Part shown: positions 17,190 to 24,869 of the stretch, one piece after another
How positions within the stretch are numbered: the stretch's first letter is position 1
How the letters are laid out: every line of letters starts with the position of its first letter
NCBI GenBank assembly: GCA_029573925.1
Contig: JAKQBV010000577.1
Location: forward strand, 1 to 35,228
Length of the DNA stretch: 35,228 bases
Direction: 5' to 3'
Source: a bacterium
Lineage (GTDB): Bacteria > UBP15 > UBA6099
Made by a program: the position numbers and the translations under genes
The notes under the pieces: model-generated
The model's input: the letters and a program-made list of their open reading frames with translations, nothing else
Databases searched by the model: none
What the model was told of the DNA's origin: nothing

Positions 17190-17816
17190 TTATTTGTTTT
17201 CGTCCTCTGTCAGCGCCAACATCCCGACAAGAGTCCAATAGTTGTCGAACATGAACATGGTTAGGAGCAGGTTCTCGTCGCTTGTTATCATGCGGAGAGT
17301 CGAGCATCCTTGAATGTCGAACTCTCGACCTGAAGCCGCCAGCACTTTCGTAGTCGCCGGAACCGTTCCGTTCATAAGCCCTTCGACTTCCAGCTTCTCA
17401 TAAAGGTCTTCGCAGTCTAACCTTTTAGCGTCGAAATGCCTGCATTCGGCGACAGGTTTTTCTCCGAAATATTCCGCTCCCATGCCCTCGCGGTAGTTGC
17501 CGTTTTCGTCCGTCATATCCGCTTCTTTCAAGGAAAGTTCGATAAGCTCTGATATGCTCATTGAGTTTTCCGCCAAGAATTCGGCTAGCGAATCCTCGCC
17601 CCCAAGCTCTCCAGCCAAAGCGACCCGCATAACAAACCGCAACGGCACTAGGTCTAACATTCCCGCAGGGTTAGTCTTCATTATCCCGCACACCTCGTCG
17701 CCGAACTCCGAAATCTGCTGGGGCTTTTCCCTCTCCGGGCGCGCGGCGTCCGCGTTCGTCGCGGCAAAAACCAATGCAACAAAAACTGCCAAACAAAAGG
17801 CTGTTATTCTTTTCAT
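17190..17816 (-). CDS. Secreted hypothetical protein
   Basis: I start it at MKRITAFCLAVFVALVFAATNADA, which is a signal peptide with AAGGGA about 9 nt upstream. It is acidic, has four Cys, and shows no motif I recognise. Confidence 0.65.
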   Translation of the reverse strand: MKRITAFCLAVFVALVFAATNADAARPEREKPQQISEFGDEVCGIMKTNPAGMLDLVPLRFVMRVALAGELGGEDSLAEFLAENSMSISELIELSLKEADMTDENGNYREGMGAEYFGEKPVAECRHFDAKRLDCEDLYEKLEVEGLMNGTVPATTKVLAASGREFDIQGCSTLRMITSDENLLLTMFMFDNYWTLVGMLALTEDENK

Positions 17817-17945
17817 TTTAAACATTCCCTTCTTTATTAGCGGGCTTTCCCACAGTGTCGCCTCGGTGACCATTACATGCTATTTCATTTTATCATTTGC
17901 CGTCTAATAATGCTCGCGCCTCAAAAAAACAAGCGCCATAGCCCA

Positions 17946-19090
17946 TCATGCCCGGCGGCGCTTCTTAGTCCTCATCCCGAATAGAAAACGTGTCGCGGCC
18001 CATCTTCTGACAAGCGTTTCATACGCAAGCGCCGTGCCGCCGAAAGACGCGACAACAACAATCAAATACTTCACCGCCACGCTCCAACCTGTTTGAACCA
18101 CGAAGTATCCGATAAAAATAATGACCGTCTGGTGAATGATGTAAAACGGCAGAGCCGCTTCCGAAGCGTATTTGAGAAACTTGTTCGTGAAGTTCAGATA
18201 TCTCTTCCCATATCCGAGAATGGACAGCAACAGGCCCCAAGTTCCAACCGCTCTGAGAATCAGCCATCCTATGCCCGCCGCCGGATTCTCGCGCACGACG
18301 TTTATTGCGTCGCTGTATTCTATTGCCTGAGTCGCCGCGAAACAGGCTATTCCGGCGATTCCGAAGAATAGTCTATTTTTCTCCGTGCCGCGCCAGAATT
18401 TGTCCGATGAACACAGCATACAACCATAAAGAAACACGAAGAAATGCTGCGCGAAGTTGTCCATGTCGCCGATGAGATTCTGGTCTCCGTTCGGCCAGCC
18501 TTCTCCGGCGACGCATTGAATGACTAGAAACGGAAGCGGAAGCGCGATTATCGCCGCGCGACGCGAAGCGAGTGACGCAAGTTTGTCTCTGACGGCCTGC
18601 CCTCGTTCGGAACGCAGATAGCGCAATATCGGAATCGCAATCATCGACATCAAGAACAAATAGAGCAAGAACCAAAGATGCTGCCAAGACAAATTGCCAT
18701 CCGGGTACGGGCCGTTGAAAAAATGCGGATAAAATTTGATGAACGAGCCGGAGAATTCGCCCTTTTGCAACCTCTCGAAATACAACTGCGGAGGGCATAT
18801 CGCCGCCAAGCCGAAAATGAACGGGACCATTAGGCGCGTCGCGCGCTCGCGAGCGTATTCGCTGAATCCCCTGATCTTAAGCGCCATCCATGTCCCCGCC
18901 CCTGAGAGGAAAAAAAAAGCGGCATGTGCCACAAGTTGATAAACGCGTTCTGAACCGTCACTGCCACGCTCAGTTCGTCGTTTTTCAGATGAAATCCCCA
19001 AAGACAGAAAATCATGCCAGTGTGAAACGGCACAAGCATGGCAACCGCTATCACTCTCAGCCAATCTATGTCGCTCCGTCTCTGACTCAT
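17946..19090 (-). pseudogene. Acyltransferase family 3 (membrane O-acyltransferase) gene split by a frameshift in an A9 (coding-strand T9) tract
   Basis: The N-terminal frame (18830-19090) reads MSQRRSDIDWLRVIAVAMLVPFH...NLWHMPLFF, then goes out of frame. The second frame (17946-19064) continues FFFLSGAGTWMALKIRG... through about 9 more helices. The junction is the homopolymer at 18910-18918. With 8 instead of 9 residues it reads WHMPLFFLSGAGTWMALK, which restores one ORF of about 380 aa. Confidence 0.8.
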
Positions 19091-19236
19091 GTGCGCATTG
19101 ATAAACCTTTCCTTTTTATTTCGGCGTATTATATCACGCTCTCCAACTCTATTTAGGATTTGAATATCGTTTTTTCTGTTTTCTTGCCATTTCCGTCCGG
19201 GCGCTTTATCTTATCCGGAAAACCGGAGCGCGGAGC

Positions 19237-20553
19237 GTGCGGCTGATGAACGGCGATAGAAAAGTGAAAGTCGTATACAAGAATCTGATGGACAGGCTGA
19301 ACAGGAACCCAGTAGGGGCGCCTGAGACGCCGGAGTTTTTTGAGATATTGGAAACTCTTTACAGCGAGGAGCACGCGAGGGTGGCGTCGCTGATGCCGCT
19401 GAAACCGACGCCGCTTGAAAAGCTTTCGGAACGCACGGGAGTGGAGAAAGAGCGTCTGCGCGGAATGCTCGGCGAGATGGCCGGACGCGGACTCGTCGTC
19501 GATTACAACAACCCGAAAAACGACAGGACTTACTACATTCTCAATCCTCCCATCGTGGGATTCTTCGAGTTTTCCCTGATGCGGGAGAGGGACGATTTCG
19601 ACCAGAAGCGGCTTGCGGAACTGATGAGCCATTTTCTGCACGAAAAGTCCGGGAAGTTCATCAAGGAAGTTTTTCAGGAGTCGACGCAGATCGGCAGGGC
19701 CGTGGTTCACGAGACCGCTCTGAAACCAGAAGCGTTAAGCTCGATACTAGACATCGACAGCGTGTCGGATTACATAGAGAACTCACGCAGGCGCTCGGTG
19801 GCGCTCTGCTACTGCCGCCACAAACAGAAGCTGATCGGAAAACCCTGCGAGAAGCCTATGGAAATATGTTTCGCGCTGGACAACGGGTCGGACTATCTTG
19901 TGGGGAACGGGCTTGCGAGGGATGTTTCAAAGGAAGAGATGAAAGATTTGCTTGAAGTCGCGCGCGGCAACGGGCTAGTTCAGGTTGCGGACAACGTTAA
20001 GCGCGGCGTGACTTTCATCTGCAACTGCTGCGGATGCTGCTGCGGGATGATGGTGGCGATCAATGAGCACGGACTCAAATACGCGGTGCATACGAGCGCA
20101 TACATCGCTGCAATCTCTGCCCCGCAATGCACAGGCTGCGGCAAGTGCGAAAAGATATGCCCGGTAAAAGCAATAACAATGATCGAGCGCCCGGCGGACG
20201 CGGCATCTTCGCCTGACGGCAAAAAGAGAAAACGTCTGGCGGTTGTAGACGAATCGGTGTGCCTCGGATGCGGAGTCTGCCACCGCGCTTGCTCGGCGGA
20301 AGCCATTGAGCTGAAAAAGAGGGATAAACGGACGCTTACGCCGGAATCAACTCTGGAACGGATATTCAACATGGCGGTCGAGAGAGGAAAGATGCATCAC
20401 CTTATCTTCGACGAAGTGGAAGGGCCGCCCTTGCAGTTCATGAAATCGCTGGCGGGCGCTTTCCTCGCCCTCCCGGTTTCAAAACAGATACTTCTGAACA
20501 AAGAGATAAAATCCCGGTTCTTGGATTTCATAACAGGGTCGGCGAAAATCTGA
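19237..20553 (+). CDS. Winged-helix-like N-terminal domain, Cys-rich module and 2x[4Fe-4S] ferredoxin domain protein
   Basis: 438 aa. Features are LSERTGVEKERLRGMLGEMAGRGLVV (wHTH-like), the cluster FICNCCGCCCGMM, and two CxxCxxCxxxCP motifs (CTGCGKCEKICP, CLGCGVCHRAC). The start is either GTG 19237 or ATG 19246. Confidence 0.8.
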   Translation: MRLMNGDRKVKVVYKNLMDRLNRNPVGAPETPEFFEILETLYSEEHARVASLMPLKPTPLEKLSERTGVEKERLRGMLGEMAGRGLVVDYNNPKNDRTYYILNPPIVGFFEFSLMRERDDFDQKRLAELMSHFLHEKSGKFIKEVFQESTQIGRAVVHETALKPEALSSILDIDSVSDYIENSRRRSVALCYCRHKQKLIGKPCEKPMEICFALDNGSDYLVGNGLARDVSKEEMKDLLEVARGNGLVQVADNVKRGVTFICNCCGCCCGMMVAINEHGLKYAVHTSAYIAAISAPQCTGCGKCEKICPVKAITMIERPADAASSPDGKKRKRLAVVDESVCLGCGVCHRACSAEAIELKKRDKRTLTPESTLERIFNMAVERGKMHHLIFDEVEGPPLQFMKSLAGAFLALPVSKQILLNKEIKSRFLDFITGSAKI

Positions 20554-20592
20554 CGACAATCTTATTAACGGCCTTAAAAACGGATGCCGCAA

Positions 20593-22146
20593 TTATTCCG
20601 TTATCTCGATAGTGACCGAATCCGAGCCTTCCTCGCCTTGGCTGTCTTCGACTGAAAGAGTTATCGTGTGCGGTCCGGGAGTCAGGTTGTTTTTTGTAAA
20701 ATATGCGCCCGTGCCTATAGGACCGTCGACGTCGGAAGTCCAGACAAGGCCGGCTCCCGTTATCGCTCCGTCCTCAGGGTCGACTGCTCCGCCAGCAAAA
20801 AACAACAACGTGCCGCTTGCGACGCTGGAGCCGCTAACAGGCGACGCAATGGCGACCACGGGCGGCTGGTTTTCCGCCCCCGTTTCGCCGACTGATATAG
20901 TGACCGTCGCCGTGCCGACCTCATCATCCGAGTCGGTAACCGTCAGGGTGATTACGTGCTCGTTCTCGGATAAGTTTGTTTTTGTCAGATATGTTCCTGT
21001 GCCGAGATCGCCGTCCTCGCTGGAATGCCAACGCAGGGAAGCTCCTGTCAAGACGCCGTCCTGAGCGTCAAGTCCCGTGCCGATAAAGGTGACAACGGCT
21101 CCGGTAGCGAAAGCATATCCGTTCACAGGAGAGACGATTGTCGCGACGGGCGCAGAAGTCTGAGCGGGGTTCACCACAAGCGTTATCGTGTCCGTGTCGG
21201 TTAAACCTTCCTCGTCTGATACTTCAAGGGTTATAACATGAGTTCCTTCCGACAGAGTGTTGCTTGTGAGCAGATTTCCGGTTCCGATTGGACCGTCCAA
21301 GTCTGACGTCCATACGAGGGAAGCTCCGGCAAGGTTGCCTTCCTCGCAATCGGCGCCGACGCCGGTGAAAGTCACAATATTACCTAGATAAACCTCTGCT
21401 CCGTCGGCGGGCGAACTAATTGTCGCCAACGGCTTCATGTTGCCGCCCGAAGGCACAAGGGTGAAATCCACGCTCTGCTGCCCGCCTGAAGTTATGGTCA
21501 CATTTTTAGCCGCTGGAACCTGATATCCGTCCGCCCTCACAAGAATCTCTCGAAGTCCGGGCGCGATGTCGTTTATCACCGCAACCGGAGTCTTGTAGGT
21601 GGTTAGCAACCCTCCGACATAAATGTCTCCCTCCACCGGGATGGAGACTTGGCAATCGGCGACGGCGGTGACGGTCAGCGTGCCTTTGTCCGTCGGAGTC
21701 ATGGACATCTGATCGTCTCCCGCAGCGTCATTCACCACATTTGTAGTGTTTGCGACGACCGTCACATCGAATTCGATGTCCGCCATGCCGTCTTTAACTG
21801 CCTTTAGCGTATATGCGCCTGTCTCGACGTCAGAGAATACGAATTTGCCGTCTCCGTCCGTTTGAACGGGAAGAGGAGCCTGAGCGGGAGTGAAATCCTT
21901 TGCAGTCAGGGACACTTGAGCTCCTGCGACCGGGACTTGCCCGTCCGGCACAGCCCTTCCCGCCGCTCGGAGCGCGGGTCTTGCGGCAAGTCCGCTGTTG
22001 TAACTGTCCGCGTAAATGTAGCCTTCGACATCCCCGTATTGAATGTGGTAAGGAGTCATGTAACCTTTGCCGCACCCCGCCGCGAATATCGCGGCGGCGG
22101 CTATCGCCACCGCCAAAGCCGCTCTTTTTTTCATCTGTTTCGTCAT
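20593..22146 (-). CDS. Surface or periplasmic lipoprotein: CarboxypepD_reg-like and PEGA-like domains plus three tandem Ig-like repeats
   Basis: 517 aa with a lipoprotein signal (AIAAAAIFAAGC). It contains VAGAQVSLTA...TDGDGKFVFSDVETGAYTLKAVKDG (carboxypeptidase-regulatory-like) and VSIPVEGDIYVGG...ILVRADGYQ (PEGA-like). Three repeats of about 90 aa follow. Confidence 0.85.
   Translation of the reverse strand: MTKQMKKRAALAVAIAAAAIFAAGCGKGYMTPYHIQYGDVEGYIYADSYNSGLAARPALRAAGRAVPDGQVPVAGAQVSLTAKDFTPAQAPLPVQTDGDGKFVFSDVETGAYTLKAVKDGMADIEFDVTVVANTTNVVNDAAGDDQMSMTPTDKGTLTVTAVADCQVSIPVEGDIYVGGLLTTYKTPVAVINDIAPGLREILVRADGYQVPAAKNVTITSGGQQSVDFTLVPSGGNMKPLATISSPADGAEVYLGNIVTFTGVGADCEEGNLAGASLVWTSDLDGPIGTGNLLTSNTLSEGTHVITLEVSDEEGLTDTDTITLVVNPAQTSAPVATIVSPVNGYAFATGAVVTFIGTGLDAQDGVLTGASLRWHSSEDGDLGTGTYLTKTNLSENEHVITLTVTDSDDEVGTATVTISVGETGAENQPPVVAIASPVSGSSVASGTLLFFAGGAVDPEDGAITGAGLVWTSDVDGPIGTGAYFTKNNLTPGPHTITLSVEDSQGEEGSDSVTIEITE
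20596..21432 (-). repeat. Three tandem ~90-codon repeats encoding Ig-like/PKD-like modules (aa 239-327, 332-420, 428-517)
   Basis: The units align by eye as P.A.I.SP..G.....G..V.F.G.G.D.EDG.L.GA.L.W.SD.DG.IGTG..LT.N.LSEG.H.ITL.V.D..G......TI.V. Confidence 0.7.
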
Positions 22147-22197
22147 CTCCCTTAATGTTTTTCAACCGCCATATAATCGTAAGTTGTCGCCGGGGCG

Positions 22198-22241
22198 GGT
22201 TTTATTCCATCCCGCGCATTGAAAACTGTTTGAATAAAACC
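22198..22241. repeat. Perfect 10-bp inverted repeat with a 24-nt loop just past the 3' end of the restriction gene
   Basis: GGTTTTATTC (22198-22207) and GAATAAAACC (22232-22241). No U-run follows, so it is not a canonical terminator. Confidence 0.5.
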
Positions 22242-22249
22242 TGCTGTTG

Positions 22250-23215
22250 TCACTCGTAAGGCCCTAGAAACCGTTCTCCGTTGAAGTGGATTAAATGGGT
22301 TGGCGATTCGGCGATCCATACTTCTGTTTCCCATGATATGTCATTTAAATACTTCATCATGGTTCTACGGTTCATAAACGCTGTTACATAAACTATGCCG
22401 ATCTTTGAGGCGACAAATAGTTCCTTAAGTTCCTTGTGCCTTGTAGGGTCAACTGGGCCATGACTAGTCACCGCCTCTATCAACACCAACCAGTTCTTCT
22501 TCGTGAAATGCACAACTACATCAGGCATCTTTCCGTGTTCTTCCACATCCACGCCGAGATTGAGGAGAGACTCTGAATCAAAAAACGCCCATTTCTTCTG
22601 CGCATCGCCCACATAAACGATCCGACCGCCGGGCGTGAAAAGCGAGCAGAAATCATCAAGAATTCTCTTAATCAGCACATTTTGCCCGCCGGGTGAAAGA
22701 TAAATTGATTTTTCGTTGCCAATCATTGCCGGAATTCTGCGCATTTCCCTTTCATTTGCATAAAGACTCTTCAAGGAGTCAACGACTTCAAGATATCCCT
22801 TCAGCCGCTTTTTCCATGTTTTCTTTCCGAACTCGCGGAGAAGTTTTAATGCGGAAGGTTCTATTTGATATACTGCTTTCGGGCTATTTGTCGGTCTCGC
22901 CGGATTGTCCGGATTTGGAACAACCAGCGCCGCTTGCACGAATTGGTGAATAGTCTGTCTGCGAACCGTTTCTCGTGTGTTTGGAGCGTATGTCTTGCCA
23001 TAGTGCTCATTGAAAAAAACCATCATCGGTGTAATGCCCATCAATGGATTTTTAGCTTTAGACCAAGAATCATCAGGTTTCATTTCCAACAAGGACAGCA
23101 AAGTCAATGCGGAACGCTCATTCAATTGTCGCCGAGGAAATCCAAGCTCTTTGAGAACCTGAATAGCTTCGTTTATTCTTTGTTCAATTTTAGACAACGC
23201 TTTCCTCGCGGCCAT
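22250..23215 (-). CDS. Type II restriction endonuclease, BsuBI/PstI family
   Basis: The C-terminal half matches the family pattern I recall: KMPDVVVHFTKKNWLVLIEAVTSHGPVDPTRHKELKELF...VYVTAF...ISWETEVWIAESPTHLIHFNGERFLGPYE. I start it at MAARKALSKIEQ (ATG 23213-23215), which overlaps the methylase 3' end by 26 nt. The listed ORF start at 23248 is also possible. Confidence 0.85.
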   Translation of the reverse strand: MAARKALSKIEQRINEAIQVLKELGFPRRQLNERSALTLLSLLEMKPDDSWSKAKNPLMGITPMMVFFNEHYGKTYAPNTRETVRRQTIHQFVQAALVVPNPDNPARPTNSPKAVYQIEPSALKLLREFGKKTWKKRLKGYLEVVDSLKSLYANEREMRRIPAMIGNEKSIYLSPGGQNVLIKRILDDFCSLFTPGGRIVYVGDAQKKWAFFDSESLLNLGVDVEEHGKMPDVVVHFTKKNWLVLIEAVTSHGPVDPTRHKELKELFVASKIGIVYVTAFMNRRTMMKYLNDISWETEVWIAESPTHLIHFNGERFLGPYE

Positions 23216-24767
23216 ATATCCCACATTCCTTTTCCACAATAGCGTCAATCATTCCCTGATCCGGCAAAAAATCATCAATCATTCGCCCCAAATTTTCAAG
23301 CTGTATTCTTGAAGGATAGCGAATTTTGCGCAAATCCGAGGCGTTCACTTGTGTATGTCCGCTAAACAATCTGAAGTAACGGTCTAATAAAGTTGAATTT
23401 AAGAAAACTGCTAATCCTTTTGCGAGATTCGCAGACAATCCTTCACCGTTCTCATGAAAGTAATTAAGATGATTCTCAAATCCTATGAAACGCGCCTCAA
23501 TCCTGTTCGGATCATATACTGCCGCAACTATCCTTCGGCGCTCCTCTTTAGCCGAGAATCGCTTTGCAAGAACATAATATCCCTGTTTGACCATAAGACT
23601 TTTTGTTTTTTCAGATAAATAAATCGCATTGTGTTTTTTCCCGTTTAGCGCCGGCCATCTCACAAATCCATTGTAAAAATGACATGGAAAAATCAGCGGA
23701 ACAGTTCCCCTGTCTGGAACCTTGCGAATGAATTCTCTTGCTCTAAAATCTACAACACGACCAGTTGAAACTTGCAGCCCCAAATCTTCAAGAGAAACAT
23801 CAAAAAACGACATCCGATCCATAACGCTCTTTGCTTCATCATCTTCGAACAAATGGATAAAGGAATCGCCATCTCCCGGCAAAATGACGCTTTCAAACAA
23901 CATTTCTCTAAATATCGCCTTATCTATGTCCCGCCCTTTCGATATTGTCAATTTCAATTTTTCAGGAGATGGTTCGCCGCGAACGCCATAAAAAATGACA
24001 TTTTCCTGTAACACCTCATCGTCGGCAAACGCATCTTTCCTAGATTCGAAAAGATGGACGTGTCTCAAGCTTATAAGATCAAGCAGAGATTTCCTATAAC
24101 GATAAAAATATGGTCCGTTACAAAAACTTCGCGGCGTTATAGCCACAATTTCACCGCTGGGTTCCAAGAGTCTGACGCTTAACCAAACAAATGCGGAATA
24201 AAGATTAGACGTCTCAATTCCAACCGAGCTAAGCGTCTTTCGCGCAAGTGTGTCGCCATTAATCTTTTTATAAGGAGGATTCAGAATTGCGTGCGTAAAT
24301 CTCTTGCCGTTTCCTCCGAATAGTCCACCTTCGATTTCTTCCGCAGCCTCAACGATGAAATCTTTGCTGATTGCTTCTCCTTTAAAGAGAATATCCGCTT
24401 CCTTGCAAAGTCTCCCGCATATCTTCATCATTTCTTCCAGATGTGGAAGAAGCGCTGTATCGCTCTCGTAAGCGACCACTTCAATTGTAGCGGGGCTATC
24501 ATGCCTTGAACATAACCTGTGGACAAGCGAGGTAAAAAGAACGCCCGTGCCTGCTCCAGCGTCAAGAATTCGCACATGCTTATGTGGCCTCTCAAAAAGC
24601 GACGCCATGAAAAAAGCAATGGGCGGCGGCGTAATAAACTGTCCTATCTCTCCTCGCAATTTGCGCGAAGATGTTTTTTTTACGGCTATTCTATTCCCCT
24701 CTAGAATTGATGTGATTTCAATCCTGTTTTTCATTATTGTTTCCAACAAGTTCGATTCTGCAACCAT
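23190..24767 (-). CDS. N6-adenine DNA methyltransferase (gamma-class, Eco57I/PstI-methylase-like) partnered with the BsuBI/PstI-type endonuclease
   Basis: Motif I is VRILDAGAGTGVLF and motif IV is AILNPPY, followed by a long C-terminal target-recognition region. I start it at MVAESNLLETIMKNR (24767); MKNR at 24734 is an alternative. The longer listed ORF (to 25028) runs into the high-GC divergent gene and is rejected. Confidence 0.85.
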   Translation of the reverse strand: MVAESNLLETIMKNRIEITSILEGNRIAVKKTSSRKLRGEIGQFITPPPIAFFMASLFERPHKHVRILDAGAGTGVLFTSLVHRLCSRHDSPATIEVVAYESDTALLPHLEEMMKICGRLCKEADILFKGEAISKDFIVEAAEEIEGGLFGGNGKRFTHAILNPPYKKINGDTLARKTLSSVGIETSNLYSAFVWLSVRLLEPSGEIVAITPRSFCNGPYFYRYRKSLLDLISLRHVHLFESRKDAFADDEVLQENVIFYGVRGEPSPEKLKLTISKGRDIDKAIFREMLFESVILPGDGDSFIHLFEDDEAKSVMDRMSFFDVSLEDLGLQVSTGRVVDFRAREFIRKVPDRGTVPLIFPCHFYNGFVRWPALNGKKHNAIYLSEKTKSLMVKQGYYVLAKRFSAKEERRRIVAAVYDPNRIEARFIGFENHLNYFHENGEGLSANLAKGLAVFLNSTLLDRYFRLFSGHTQVNASDLRKIRYPSRIQLENLGRMIDDFLPDQGMIDAIVEKECGIYGREESVV

Positions 24768-24869
24768 GGTTGTTTCATTATATAATAAGACATGGCATTG
24801 GTAAACACGCTGGTATATGCGCGGGTCGCGAAGTGGCATAATCCGCCGCGCGCCGCTATAATTGGCGGA

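Noticed and set aside
22198-22241. The 10-bp inverted repeat as an island boundary (att-like) repeat or as the terminator of the restriction gene
   Set aside because: There is no matching copy at the other island edge (24768-24869). The 24-nt loop and the lack of a U-run make it a poor intrinsic terminator. It is kept only as a plain repeat feature.
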